In this document: piece by piece, positions 1 through 10,039 of the stretch
How positions within the stretch are numbered: the stretch's first letter is position 1
Layout: each line of letters starts with the position of its first letter
Source of the DNA: an uncultured euryarchaeote
GTDB lineage: Archaea; Thermoplasmatota; Poseidoniia; Poseidoniales; Poseidoniaceae
NCBI GenBank assembly: GCA_937899865.1
Contig: CALBRH010000044.1
Span: forward strand, 32,001-96,000
Direction of reading: 5' to 3'
Length of the DNA stretch: 64,000 nt
The notes under the pieces: model-generated
Database searches by the model: none
What the model saw: the letters and a program-made list of their open reading frames with translations, nothing else
What the model was told of the DNA's origin: nothing
Program-made: the position numbers and the translations under genes

Positions 1-84
1 CTATTTTTAGTTGCAATGCCGGTGGTTATTCTGTTTGAGTTGGCAATAATAATTGACAGGTTAACCAATATTTCAAACGCATAG
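1..84 (+). CDS. 3' end of a membrane protein gene cut by the window edge, resembling the last TM helix of TatC
   Basis: Frame 1 reads LFLVAMPVVILFELAIIIDRLTNISNA* (TAG at 82-84). The A-x-P-x3-L-F/Y-E-x-x-I pattern recalls the TatC C-terminal helix. Only 27 codons are visible. Confidence 0.4.
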   Translation, partial: LFLVAMPVVILFELAIIIDRLTNISNA

Positions 85-939
85 TTGATTGATTGGAGTT
101 GCCATATTTCCGGGACTTTGTCCGTAAGTTTGGCCATGGAAATCGGAGCCACAACTAACTTTCAATTTTAGTTCCCTGCAAACATTCCATAATTCAAATC
201 TATACTCGTCATTGTGGCTGCGATGAAATGCTTCAATCGAATCAATACCAATTTCTCGACAAAATTCACCTAACTCAAGTGGTGGTATGCCATAATACAA
301 TGGATGAGCAAGCGATGTCACTCCATTGCATAGTTTTACCATTTTGACAGCCTCATCAATACTTGGTTTAGGTTGCGCAACATGAGCAGGCAGTCCATCT
401 CCAATCCATTTCTCAAAAGCCTCAGTTTTTGTTTCAACATATCCTTGCTCAACCATTGCTTCTGCAAGATGAGGTCGTCCAATTGAACCTCCAGCCTTTT
501 TTGCTACTTCTTTAAAATCGATAGGCATGTTAAGTTCGTTAAGTTTAGCAATCATTTTTTTCATTCGAGGAATTCTATTGTTCTGTAATGGTTTGAGCCA
601 TTGTGCAAACAGTTTGGCTTTCTCACTTCCATGAAGTAGGTTGGGAAAGTAGGCTAACAAGTGCCATGATTTTGAGGCTCTTTCTCGACCATGACGGGCA
701 AGCTCCTCCGCATTAGGTTCAATGCCTCTTTCACAGGTAATTTCAACACCTGGTATGAAAGTAATTCCTAACTGTTTTGCATGTAATTCAGCACTTGGCC
801 AGCCAGCAATAGTGTCATGATCGGTTAACGACCAAAATTTAACATCATTATTCTTCATCAACTGTGCAACAAATTCAACACTGTGCTCACCATCACTATT
901 TGTTGAGTGACTATGCAGGTCGTAATGCTGTGTCCACAC
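73..939 (-). CDS. PHP-domain phosphoesterase (TrpH/YciV-like)
   Basis: DLHSHS, LTDHDT, GVEI, HLLAY, GRPH, LAHP, EAFH and GSDFHG metal-binding motifs in canonical PHP order. Confidence 0.9.
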   Translation of the reverse strand: MWTQHYDLHSHSTNSDGEHSVEFVAQLMKNNDVKFWSLTDHDTIAGWPSAELHAKQLGITFIPGVEITCERGIEPNAEELARHGRERASKSWHLLAYFPNLLHGSEKAKLFAQWLKPLQNNRIPRMKKMIAKLNELNMPIDFKEVAKKAGGSIGRPHLAEAMVEQGYVETKTEAFEKWIGDGLPAHVAQPKPSIDEAVKMVKLCNGVTSLAHPLYYGIPPLELGEFCREIGIDSIEAFHRSHNDEYRFELWNVCRELKLKVSCGSDFHGQTYGQSPGNMATPINQLCV

Positions 940-976
940 AATTTATGCCAACTTGTTGACCCTAATGAACTTATGA

Positions 977-1699
977 TTAGAATAAATCATCAAGGTCAGG
1001 TAAATCAGGTGTTTCAATAAAATCCTGCTGTTTTTCAGGGGTGATTGCATTTTTATCATCAGGAGTTTCATCTTCAAACAAATCAGTCAAATCTGGCAGA
1101 GAGGGGCTAGTATCCAGTTCAGGTAATGCTGGCATTTCTGCAATGTTTGGTTTATCAGTGACTTGATTTGATGGCAAAGGAACATTACTTTTACTTCCCA
1201 AATCAGACTGATTATTTATTGGAGTTGATGATTGTAACACGTCATCAGATTCTTTGTGTGGAGGAGGCAATTGTTCGGCTATTTGTTGAGCAGCTTGGCC
1301 AAATTCACCTGTACTAAGGGCTCCAATTGCATTGCTTACCTCTAATTCATCAATTTCCTTATTGGCACCAATAATTGAATCAATGATGTTTTTTGTATGG
1401 CTACTTTGAGGTTGTACTACTGAAGAAACATCAGTTCCAGATTTTGTTGGTATGCTTTCAAGTGCTGCAAATTGCTCTTCCAAAGATAAATTATCTGTTA
1501 ACTCTACTACTGTTCTTTCCTTAGAAGCAAAATAAGCCATGATGAATAGAGCAACTGCAGTTGATAGTCCAAGATACTCCTCTAAAGAAAGACCAGCAGA
1601 ATCTAGTAAATCTAGTTTCAAGTTAACCGCTGAAGCAACTACTGCAAGCGAACCTAAGATTTTACCAGCACTTGCCAGCCTTGGCGCTCGTTGCTCCAT
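977..1699 (-). CDS. Hypothetical membrane protein with two N-terminal TMs and an acidic Pro-rich tail
   Basis: Start moved to ATG 1699 (MEQRAPRL) to avoid overlap with folD. Two hydrophobic segments, then a low-complexity tail ending LPDLTDLF...LPDLDDLF. Confidence 0.7.
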   Translation of the reverse strand: MEQRAPRLASAGKILGSLAVVASAVNLKLDLLDSAGLSLEEYLGLSTAVALFIMAYFASKERTVVELTDNLSLEEQFAALESIPTKSGTDVSSVVQPQSSHTKNIIDSIIGANKEIDELEVSNAIGALSTGEFGQAAQQIAEQLPPPHKESDDVLQSSTPINNQSDLGSKSNVPLPSNQVTDKPNIAEMPALPELDTSPSLPDLTDLFEDETPDDKNAITPEKQQDFIETPDLPDLDDLF

Positions 1700-1737
1700 A
1701 ATTTGACACTGAAGAGAATAAGATAAGAGGCTTACCA

Positions 1738-2610
1738 TCAAATGGTTTTTTCTGCAGCAGAGACAGTATTTTCCATCAGCATTGCTACTGTCATAGGACC
1801 AACTCCACCTGGTACAGGGGTTATCCAGGATGCTACTTCATTAGCTGATTTTTCTACATCCCCCACTAAGATATAACCTCGAGGTGAGTTGATATCATCA
1901 ACACGATTTATACCTACATCAACAACTACAGCGCCGTCTTTTATCCAAGATTTCTTAACCATATTTGGTCTACCTACTGCTGCAACTACAATATCTGCTT
2001 GGCGGCATTGTTGTTCCATATTTTCAGTTCTTGAATGAGCTACAGTAACTGTCGCATCAGCACCACGTGAAGCCAACAAAATCGCTTGAGGCATTCCAAC
2101 ATTACGTGATCTACCAATTACCAAAGCTGTTTTTCCTTTGGTTTGAATACCAGCCCAATCTAACATACGCATAACTCCATTAGGCGTACATGGGATTAAG
2201 CAATCCTCTCGAGATTGTACCAATCGACCAAGATTAACTGGATGAAATCCGTCAACATCCTTTGATGGGTCAATCAAATCTGTCAACGCTTCCTCATCCA
2301 TATGTATTGGGAGTGGAGATTGAATTAAAATTCCATGAATAGTGCTATCATTATTTAGTTCAGCAATTATAGTTCGTAATTCATCTTCACTTGTTAACCC
2401 CCCTAATTCAATGTGGGTACTTTTGATTCCAAGTCTTTGACATGCACGAACTTTTGCTCCAACATAAACATGACTTGCAGGGTCATCCCCAACGATAACA
2501 ACTGCTAAATGTGGCACAATTCCAGTATCTAAGCACTTTTCAATACGTCCTTTCAATGCTTCCTCTACTGCTGCAGCACATGCTTTACCATCGAGTACTG
2601 AAGCCACCAT
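1738..2610 (-). CDS. folD: Bifunctional methylene-THF dehydrogenase/cyclohydrolase
   Basis: VGDDPASHVYV, KDVDGFHP, PCTP, VIGRSRNVGMP, VVVDVGINR and ITPVPGGVGPMT motifs. Confidence 0.97.
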   Translation of the reverse strand: MVASVLDGKACAAAVEEALKGRIEKCLDTGIVPHLAVVIVGDDPASHVYVGAKVRACQRLGIKSTHIELGGLTSEDELRTIIAELNNDSTIHGILIQSPLPIHMDEEALTDLIDPSKDVDGFHPVNLGRLVQSREDCLIPCTPNGVMRMLDWAGIQTKGKTALVIGRSRNVGMPQAILLASRGADATVTVAHSRTENMEQQCRQADIVVAAVGRPNMVKKSWIKDGAVVVDVGINRVDDINSPRGYILVGDVEKSANEVASWITPVPGGVGPMTVAMLMENTVSAAEKTI

Positions 2611-2631
2611 AACCTGCCCACAAGACTTTGT

Positions 2632-3102
2632 CTATTGATTATTTTGTTGATTTATTTTTCCTCCACCAACTTCATTTTCATTTCCTGTAACAGTAGCAAA
2701 AAGCCGCTCATCATCACTAAAGGATTTGAATTCTAGAGAATTTCCAGAAGGGTCATCGATAAACAGTGTTGCTTGTTCACCAATTTTTCCAGGATATCTT
2801 ATGTGTGGTTTAATACGAAATTGAACATTTAATTGTTCTAAATGGTTCTTAAATTCGTGCCATTGCCTCCATTCCATTACCAAACCAAAATGAAATGGTG
2901 GGACTTGTTTACCATCAATTTTACCACCATCGGTATAATCAGGCATACTTGAGACAAGATGTGCTACAATTTGGTGACCATGAAAATTAAAATTAATTGA
3001 GGTTGGAGTCCTTCTACCTATCTTACAATCAAGAATATTAACATAAAATTGCTCAGTAATTTCGAGATCAATGACTGGAAACGCCAAATGAAATGGTCGC
3101 AT
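2632..3102 (-). CDS. VOC/glyoxalase family protein
   Basis: FHLAFPV...FY, GHQIVAH, HFG and DDPSGNSLEFK motifs. True start is ATG 3102; the longer track ORF runs into tRNA-Thr. Confidence 0.85.
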   Translation of the reverse strand: MRPFHLAFPVIDLEITEQFYVNILDCKIGRRTPTSINFNFHGHQIVAHLVSSMPDYTDGGKIDGKQVPPFHFGLVMEWRQWHEFKNHLEQLNVQFRIKPHIRYPGKIGEQATLFIDDPSGNSLEFKSFSDDERLFATVTGNENEVGGGKINQQNNQ

Positions 3103-3137
3103 GTGACTAATTAAAGCAATGCAGTTAACTGTTTTTG

Positions 3138-3213
3138 TGGAGCCAACGGAGGGACTCGAACCCCCGACCGTCGGATTACAAATCCGAAGCACTACCAGCT
3201 ATGCTACGTTGGC
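3138..3213 (-). tRNA. tRNA-Thr(TGT) with encoded CCA
   Basis: Reverse complement GCCAACG...TCGGA-TTTGTAA-TCCGA...GGGGG-TTCGAGT-CCCTC-CGTTGGC-T-CCA, a 76-nt cloverleaf. Confidence 0.96.
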
Positions 3214-3306
3214 GCAGACACAGCGAAACAGCAATCATTCATCAATCAAACGGATGATTTATCATAATCTATTGCAAAATATGATGGGCAAATCAAAGAA
3301 CATGAT

Positions 3307-4596
3307 ATGTTTGGAATGTCTATGGCCGAAGACATAGCGAACAGTTTTCTAAACGATTTCGCTAGAACAAAACAGGGTAATGATACGATATTTTCCTGTT
3401 GGGCTCGCTATCAAGAAGCGGTAGCACAAGGTAATGATGCAGTAAATGGTACAATTGGAGCATTGTTAGAAAATGATGGTAGTTTAGCAATAAATCAAAC
3501 AGTTGATGAATTCGTACGCAACTCGCCACCGATAGAAATTGCTGCTTATGCTCCATTGAAAGGCTTACCAGAATTTCTTGACTTTGCAGTTACTCTTACC
3601 TTAGGGGATGCTCGTGAGGAATTAGAAAGTATAGGTGTATGCCATACTGCAACAGCGTCCCCAGGAGGCTCTGGAGCATTATACTTGGCTGCAGCAAATT
3701 ATGCTGACAGAGGTAGTAAGGTACTGTTGAGAAATAGGCATTGGGGTCCATATGATGGATTTTTGGCAGGATGTGGCCTTGGAATTGCTACATATCCTCT
3801 ATTGAATGAATCATCCGGACTTGACCTTGAATCACTAAAATCAAGTCTTGATGAACTTGCAAAATCACAAGGCAAGGTTATGTCGTGGCTTAATGATCCT
3901 GCTCACAATCCTACAGGACTTTCACTTTCTAGTCAAGAGAGAATGTCTGTTTTGCATGCCTTTTCCAACGCAGCAATGGCTAATGAAGAGGTAGGTTTTA
4001 CTTTGTTAATCGATGCTGCTTACCATATGTACGCAAAGGAGCCACATGGTTGGGCAGAAACAATCACCGACGCTCTACACGATGGGTTAGAATGGCCAGC
4101 AAATCTATTGATTACATTTGCAATTTCTATTTCTAAATCTCATACTGTGTATGGCTTAAGAGCCGGAGCGTTGGTAACAATACATCCTGACCAATCAGTA
4201 GTTGATCGAATCACGACTGTAATGGGAGTTACTGGACGGCAAACCTGGTCTGCAAGTTCTAGATTGGCACAGTATTCAGTCGCTAAGATTCATTCTAACA
4301 GTGAATCTGGTGCTGCATGGTCAGATGAGAAAAACCGTTTAACACAACTTCTGAAGGAACGCAGAGAATTGTTTATTGAATCTTGTAAAAAATTTAACGT
4401 TCCGATTAATCCTACTCACGATGGATTTTTTGCATGGCTTGAACATGAGGATCCTCATTCGATTGTGGAATCTTGTGCTTCAGACCAAGTTTACCTAGTG
4501 CCGCTTAATGGCGGAGTTAGAATTGGCCTTTGTGCAATTCCCTTAGGTCAGATTGAAAGGGTAGCAAAATCACTGGGTAAAGCATTAGGCGAGTGA
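3307..4596 (+). CDS. PLP-dependent aminotransferase, class I/II
   Basis: PGGSGAL, DPAHNPTG, DAAY and SKSHTVYGLRAG (PLP lysine) motifs. The start could be one of the next Met codons. Confidence 0.9.
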   Translation: MFGMSMAEDIANSFLNDFARTKQGNDTIFSCWARYQEAVAQGNDAVNGTIGALLENDGSLAINQTVDEFVRNSPPIEIAAYAPLKGLPEFLDFAVTLTLGDAREELESIGVCHTATASPGGSGALYLAAANYADRGSKVLLRNRHWGPYDGFLAGCGLGIATYPLLNESSGLDLESLKSSLDELAKSQGKVMSWLNDPAHNPTGLSLSSQERMSVLHAFSNAAMANEEVGFTLLIDAAYHMYAKEPHGWAETITDALHDGLEWPANLLITFAISISKSHTVYGLRAGALVTIHPDQSVVDRITTVMGVTGRQTWSASSRLAQYSVAKIHSNSESGAAWSDEKNRLTQLLKERRELFIESCKKFNVPINPTHDGFFAWLEHEDPHSIVESCASDQVYLVPLNGGVRIGLCAIPLGQIERVAKSLGKALGE

Positions 4597-4602
4597 TTTT
4601 GT

Positions 4603-4983
4603 ATGGCTCGTAATCCAAGAGAAAATTTGATTCTTGGTGGATTTATTTGTATTGCATTTGGAGCTTTTTTTACAGTTGCTGAAGTCTATACTCTTGCATC
4701 AACAGTTGGAGTACTTGGAATAGCGCTTTTTGTTATTGGAATGAGTCTTAAGAGCAATATTGGGCTTTCAAAAGAAGCGGTTAGAAACTGGCGTCCTGCA
4801 GAGGGCAAACTTCCCGATGCTGGTAGAGTAATGTATCGAGTGGATGTTACAATCGATGAACCGATTGAGTCAACAATTGTTTGCGGTCCATGTGGAGAAA
4901 TTACTGTACATAAGGGGCCTAAACCAGATAGTTTTACCTGTCCAGAATGCAATATTGAATTGTGGAATGCCGAAGAAGAATAG
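4603..4983 (+). CDS. Small membrane protein with two TMs and a C-terminal Zn ribbon
   Basis: Two hydrophobic helices, then CGPC...CPEC. Confidence 0.7.
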   Translation: MARNPRENLILGGFICIAFGAFFTVAEVYTLASTVGVLGIALFVIGMSLKSNIGLSKEAVRNWRPAEGKLPDAGRVMYRVDVTIDEPIESTIVCGPCGEITVHKGPKPDSFTCPECNIELWNAEEE

Positions 4984-5039
4984 AATCGCCATCTCTTGAT
5001 AATAATCAACATAGATTTCATAGGAGAATCATTCCTCGT

Positions 5040-6530
5040 ATGTTCATGGTGGCCGAGAATCTTGTCAATACTGAGCGCAGAATGCTCAAGGCAATGTTGG
5101 TGGATTCTGGCAAAAATTGGACTTTAGATGAAATTCTAGATAGTTGTAATTGGCAAGACCAAGCAGTTGCTGTTGGAGCAGGGCAAGGTCTTGCAAACAA
5201 GGGTTTTGCTGATGTACATGAAGTTGTAAGCACCGAAGTTAGACTCGCTTCTCAAGGGGAATCTGCAATGAACGAAGGGCTACTGGAGGCGAGGTTATGG
5301 CAATGGTTCAAATCTGCTGACGAAGCAACAATGGCCAGTATGCAGCAATCATTTGAGAAACATGAAGCAGGACCAGGAATTGGCTTGCTAAAAAAATTAG
5401 GCATTACGATGGAAACAGGAATATTCACTTGTGCAGATGAAGCAATGGTAGAAGAAACAATTTCAGCACGACAGAAGTTTCTTTCAGACCTTCCAAGCAA
5501 GGTAAGTGATTTAGATCAACAATTACTTGAACAATTCAAAAGTCGACGCAATTTTATTGAATTGGTCGACAGTACTTCCAGAACTTGGACTTTGACTAAA
5601 TCAGGTTCACAAGTTAAGGTAGGTGATTTAGTTGAAACCACAATGGTTAATGAAATAACTCCGGAGTTATTGCAAAGTGATTCATGGAAAGATGTAGAGT
5701 TTAGATCATTCGATGTAACTCTCGAATCTGCTACGCCTAGGACAGGACGTAGTCATCCAATGCAGTCATTGATTGAAAGAATCCGTCACATATTCCTTGA
5801 AATGGGATTTTCAGAATTGGTTGAAGATTATGTTCAAACTGCAGGCTGGAATATGGATGCATTATTTATTCCTCAAGACCACCCTGCTAGGGAAATGCAG
5901 GATACATTTTACCTCGACAATCCAAATTCGATGCCATTACCTGACCATATAATGGAGACATGGTCAGATATTCATCGCACTGGTGGCGAAACAGGTTCAA
6001 CAGGATGGGGCGGTGAGTTCTCTAAAGAAACCTCACAAAAGGGGCTTCTAAGAACTCATACAACTGTGAATACGATTCAATATCTCGCTGACAATCCTAA
6101 GAAAGCTTGCCGTATGTTTACCGTAGACAGAGTGTTTAGAAAAGAGGCAATTGACCGAACTCATCTACCTGAATTTCATCAAATTGAAGGAATCATTATG
6201 GAAGAGGGTGCTAATTTACAAATGCTAGTTACAACGCTCAAAACCTTCTATGAAAAGATGGGATATCCAGAAGTTAGGGTTAGACCAGCATATTTCCCGT
6301 ATACCGAACCAAGTCTCGAAATCGAGGTAAAGTGGCGTGGCAAGTGGTTGGAGTTAGGTGGCGCAGGAATTTTCCGCCCTGAAGTGACCGAACCGTTAGG
6401 AATTGAACATCCAGTTTTGGCTTGGGGCATGGGTCTTGAGCGTTTGGCAATGTTAGTTCTTGGACTTGATGATATTAGACAATTGTATATTTCAGATTTG
6501 GAATGGTTAAGAAATCAACCTTTGATTTGA
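5040..6530 (+). CDS. pheS: Phenylalanine-tRNA ligase alpha subunit, archaeal long form
   Basis: HPAREMQDTFY, LLRTHTT, DRTHLPEFHQIEG, FPYTEPS, ELGGAGIFRPEV and AWGMGLERLAM motifs, plus the N-terminal wHTH extension. Start at ATG 5040 or 5046. Confidence 0.97.
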   Translation: MFMVAENLVNTERRMLKAMLVDSGKNWTLDEILDSCNWQDQAVAVGAGQGLANKGFADVHEVVSTEVRLASQGESAMNEGLLEARLWQWFKSADEATMASMQQSFEKHEAGPGIGLLKKLGITMETGIFTCADEAMVEETISARQKFLSDLPSKVSDLDQQLLEQFKSRRNFIELVDSTSRTWTLTKSGSQVKVGDLVETTMVNEITPELLQSDSWKDVEFRSFDVTLESATPRTGRSHPMQSLIERIRHIFLEMGFSELVEDYVQTAGWNMDALFIPQDHPAREMQDTFYLDNPNSMPLPDHIMETWSDIHRTGGETGSTGWGGEFSKETSQKGLLRTHTTVNTIQYLADNPKKACRMFTVDRVFRKEAIDRTHLPEFHQIEGIIMEEGANLQMLVTTLKTFYEKMGYPEVRVRPAYFPYTEPSLEIEVKWRGKWLELGGAGIFRPEVTEPLGIEHPVLAWGMGLERLAMLVLGLDDIRQLYISDLEWLRNQPLI

Positions 6531-6576
6531 GACGAATTGCGGATTATTTGAATAATCACCGACTGTAGGAGATATT

Positions 6577-8043
6577 ATGGGGCTAACTGACACTATGGAT
6601 TTGGGTGTTTTCACACGCTCCGAAACATGGAAAGCATTTGCTATTGCTGCAATCATGTTTGTAGCAATATCATTTGCGGCCTTGTCTATGTTTGACAGCA
6701 TGGATGATATTTTCCAGTCAGATGCAGACCCTGAACCTATTCCTAACATGGTTTTTGAATCTTTAAATCGAACAGGAGTGGAATCTGAAATAGTGAATGA
6801 AACAGGCTGGTTTAACACAAATGATCTACGTGGTTCTATCGTAATTTTTGATATGATGGCCCATGATTGTAGTAATTGTCATGCAGTGCAATATCATTTG
6901 GAAGATAAAATGAATGAATGGCAAAGTTTAGCAAATCAGTCAAATAAATCATTACACATTATCGCCTATGGTAGTTGGTATGGTGAGGATTTAGATTATC
7001 TAAATGAATCTGATAGCAAGTATACAGTTCCACTTTATCCTACTGGAATGGGTTATGAAAAAGCGGCAATACTTGAAGATGGAGATATAGCAGACCCAGT
7101 TCGATTATTCACTACCGCTGGTACAGGACAAATCCCTGTTGTAATGGTTATTGATGAAGAGGGTTACATCATTGAGCGACAAGCTACAGGTTCACCAACT
7201 GATAAGTGGAATTCATTTGATTCTGTTGTCGAATTAGCAATTACCACTCCAGTAAATGCAACTGAAGATTTGCGTATTGCTTGGGAAGAACCTTCGACGT
7301 CTTATCTTGCAGTATTTGCTTTGGGTATGATTCTCTCGATCTTAGTTTATTTCTCACCGTGTGCTTTCCCAGTCTTACCTGGTTTCATCTCATACTATTT
7401 GTCACTTGGAGCGCGTGAAGACGAATTGATTGCTGATGGTAAGTTGAAGAGTAAAATGCCAAGTCCAATTGTTATTGGTTCTTTATCTGGTTTTGGAATG
7501 TGGACATTTTTCTTGTTCATTGGAATTATTGCAATTGTCATGGGTGAAGCATTTCAAAAATCAGGTCTTGTCCATTATATTGCGGTATTTATTGCAATAT
7601 TATTGATTATTCTTGGTTCAATGATGTTACTTGGAATCACCTCACATGTTATGGGATTTGTCCAAAAATTTGTTGATAAATATAGTACTACTGAAGATGA
7701 CGAAGTATTCACACCACGTCGAAATATGTATCTTTATGGAATTGGCTATGCCGCTGCTTCAATCGATTGCACAGCAGCAGCAGTCTTGCCATTTGTACTA
7801 TATTTGGGAACTTTAGGAGGGAGCGCAATTACTCTTGGTATTGGAGGGTTAATGCTTGGTCTGCTAATCCTAATGATTGCCGTTACAGTATTGGTAGGCT
7901 TGGGCCGTCAAGTAATGATTAATTTCCTCAGAAGAGCGACTGGTATGATTAAGATGGTCGGGTCATGGATGATGATTATGGCAGGAATAAGTTTGACATT
8001 ATATCTTACCAACAGAGATGCTGTAAGTGCGGTCTTTGGTTAA
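6577..8043 (+). CDS. Thioredoxin-like domain fused to a CcdA/DsbD-beta transmembrane domain
   Basis: N-terminal TM, then DMMAHDCSNCH at the TlpA-type CxxC position. C-terminal TM domain has the two CcdA cysteines (FSPCAFPVLP; ASIDCTAA). Confidence 0.8.
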   Translation: MGLTDTMDLGVFTRSETWKAFAIAAIMFVAISFAALSMFDSMDDIFQSDADPEPIPNMVFESLNRTGVESEIVNETGWFNTNDLRGSIVIFDMMAHDCSNCHAVQYHLEDKMNEWQSLANQSNKSLHIIAYGSWYGEDLDYLNESDSKYTVPLYPTGMGYEKAAILEDGDIADPVRLFTTAGTGQIPVVMVIDEEGYIIERQATGSPTDKWNSFDSVVELAITTPVNATEDLRIAWEEPSTSYLAVFALGMILSILVYFSPCAFPVLPGFISYYLSLGAREDELIADGKLKSKMPSPIVIGSLSGFGMWTFFLFIGIIAIVMGEAFQKSGLVHYIAVFIAILLIILGSMMLLGITSHVMGFVQKFVDKYSTTEDDEVFTPRRNMYLYGIGYAAASIDCTAAAVLPFVLYLGTLGGSAITLGIGGLMLGLLILMIAVTVLVGLGRQVMINFLRRATGMIKMVGSWMMIMAGISLTLYLTNRDAVSAVFG

Positions 8044-8784
8044 TCAAAGTGATTCAAAACTGGCAATAGATTCTTCGCTATGGCATTCATCTAATAATGG
8101 TAATATCCAAAATTTCCATGCCACTAATCCTACAATTATTCCTGTCAATGCATCCCAAACAAAATGCTGTTTAGTAGTCATAACAGAAATAGTCAACATT
8201 ATCCAAGCAAACCATAGTATTCTAAAATACCATTTAGTATTTTCATTTTTGTACCATCTACTAACTACTAAGACTGCAAGTAGGCTTTGCACTATGTGAA
8301 GTGAAGGCCAAGCATTCCATTCGGTGTCAACAGCATGTAGGTGATCATACCAGGGTTGCCAAACGCCAAGTTCAGATTCAAAGACGCTTTTACGAATGTC
8401 TACCTCCACTGGTAGGATTATGAAAATGATAAAAACCATCCAAGTTAGAATCAATAAGGTTTGGTGAAAAATGATATTTTCACGCTGAGTCTTTTCATTT
8501 TTCATGCCTAGTAATGCTGCCATTGGGTAGCAAAAGTACAGAGTAGAGTACGGAACAATCATCCATGGAATGACGGGAATCCAACTATCTAATCCAGTAG
8601 CAGGATCAAAAGCTTGCCAATCACGCCAGTAAGAAAACTGATTTGTCAGTAAATAACCTAAACCAGCTCCAAAAATTATCGCTAAAATCAGAGCAATTGG
8701 TAGTCGGTACCCAGAAATTGAGGACTTATTTTGCCAATGGCTACTCCATATTCGCCATGGCTTAGAGCCCCACTTGAGAGACAT
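8044..8784 (-). CDS. PAP2 superfamily membrane protein (AUR1/IPC-synthase-like subgroup)
   Basis: NAWPSLH and KQHFVWD catalytic His motifs in a multi-TM protein. Confidence 0.8.
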   Translation of the reverse strand: MSLKWGSKPWRIWSSHWQNKSSISGYRLPIALILAIIFGAGLGYLLTNQFSYWRDWQAFDPATGLDSWIPVIPWMIVPYSTLYFCYPMAALLGMKNEKTQRENIIFHQTLLILTWMVFIIFIILPVEVDIRKSVFESELGVWQPWYDHLHAVDTEWNAWPSLHIVQSLLAVLVVSRWYKNENTKWYFRILWFAWIMLTISVMTTKQHFVWDALTGIIVGLVAWKFWILPLLDECHSEESIASFESL

Positions 8785-8825
8785 GATTATGCTAAATTAG
8801 GATGATTAATTAACAATCTGCCGAT

Positions 8826-10031
8826 TTACAGAGTTATTCCACAATGAGGGCATGCATTCCAACCTACCATAACTGGCTTTGAACAACTGTTGCATAAGTA
8901 CTCCTCTGTTTTTTCAACATCTCCTCCAGAACCATCAACTGCCTTTTGAGCAGTTTGTTGACGGAGGAATTCTTGCATAACTTCTGGAGTTAGTGCATCA
9001 TTTTGGGCAGCCATTTCCATCATTCTAACTTGTAAGTCATTCTGTTTATCCATACGCTGGTTTTGGTGGTCCATTTGTTGTTGAATACGTTGTTGTTTTT
9101 TAGCCTGTACCTGTTCGAATAACGCCATAGCTTGTTCGGTTTTGTGCGAAGATTCTTTCATTCTAAGGTTTAGTTGACCTTCATCACGCTTCAATTCAGC
9201 TTCCCACTGAGCTTCTTGCTTACGCAGTTCTTTCAACTCGCTCTGTAGTTCTACGGACACTTTTCCTGCGGCTTCAGCCTTGGCGACATTTACCTCGCAC
9301 TCGATTCTTCGAAGTGTTGCGGCTTCTCTAATGGCAATTCTTTCCATCAATGCTTCAGCATGAGCACCTTCAGTATTGGTTGCAGCTGCGAGTTGTGATT
9401 GTAACTCAGATATCTTCTCATTGTCGGTTTGATTTGATGTAATAAATGCCTTTAGCATAGTAAATCCTAATGTCGATAGAGTTGCTCTAAGTTCAACTTC
9501 TGCGCGCATTTCAAACTTTTCTTGGAAAGCAGAACTTCGCAACATAGAATCATTTTCACATTCCGCTAATGATGGGTTAATTACTCGCATCATCAATTCA
9601 TTATGTAATACTTCAGCAAGCCTTTTTCTATCTAACATTGGTGCACTATTGGCAAACATATTGAGTAATTTAGGGATGTCTTCAGTACGTAGTTGAACTC
9701 GAATATTGGCAAAACCTGTTACTACACTGCCATTTGGTAGATTCCCAGAAAACGGTATTGAAATATCTGCTGGGCCAGTCATTGCAAATAACAATCGTCG
9801 ATCTTTTGCAGTAATACCCATCATGTCGCCAATAAATCTGTTAAATCCGCCAGCAACATTGCCAACAACTTTCTCAGTTAGAATATCACCTATTCTTCCA
9901 TCAACAATAAATACACATGCTTCATTTGGTTTGAGCACAACTTCTTGTGCTTTCCATGTGTTCAAATTATTTGCATCAATTAGCTTTGCTAAAATGTTAG
10001 GATTATCTCTCCATCTAAATCTATTACTCAT
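8826..10031 (-). CDS. SPFH/band-7-like protein with coiled coil and C-terminal Zn ribbon
   Basis: VVLKPNEACVFIVDGRI opening typical of SPFH-like domains, Q/E-rich coiled coil, and CNSC...CPHCG. Confidence 0.75.
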   Translation of the reverse strand: MSNRFRWRDNPNILAKLIDANNLNTWKAQEVVLKPNEACVFIVDGRIGDILTEKVVGNVAGGFNRFIGDMMGITAKDRRLLFAMTGPADISIPFSGNLPNGSVVTGFANIRVQLRTEDIPKLLNMFANSAPMLDRKRLAEVLHNELMMRVINPSLAECENDSMLRSSAFQEKFEMRAEVELRATLSTLGFTMLKAFITSNQTDNEKISELQSQLAAATNTEGAHAEALMERIAIREAATLRRIECEVNVAKAEAAGKVSVELQSELKELRKQEAQWEAELKRDEGQLNLRMKESSHKTEQAMALFEQVQAKKQQRIQQQMDHQNQRMDKQNDLQVRMMEMAAQNDALTPEVMQEFLRQQTAQKAVDGSGGDVEKTEEYLCNSCSKPVMVGWNACPHCGITL

Positions 10032-10039
10032 TTTTACAC

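Noticed and set aside
3119-3337. 72-aa plus-strand ORF and the N-terminal extension of the VOC ORF
   Set aside because: Both overlap tRNA-Thr; they are shadow ORFs.
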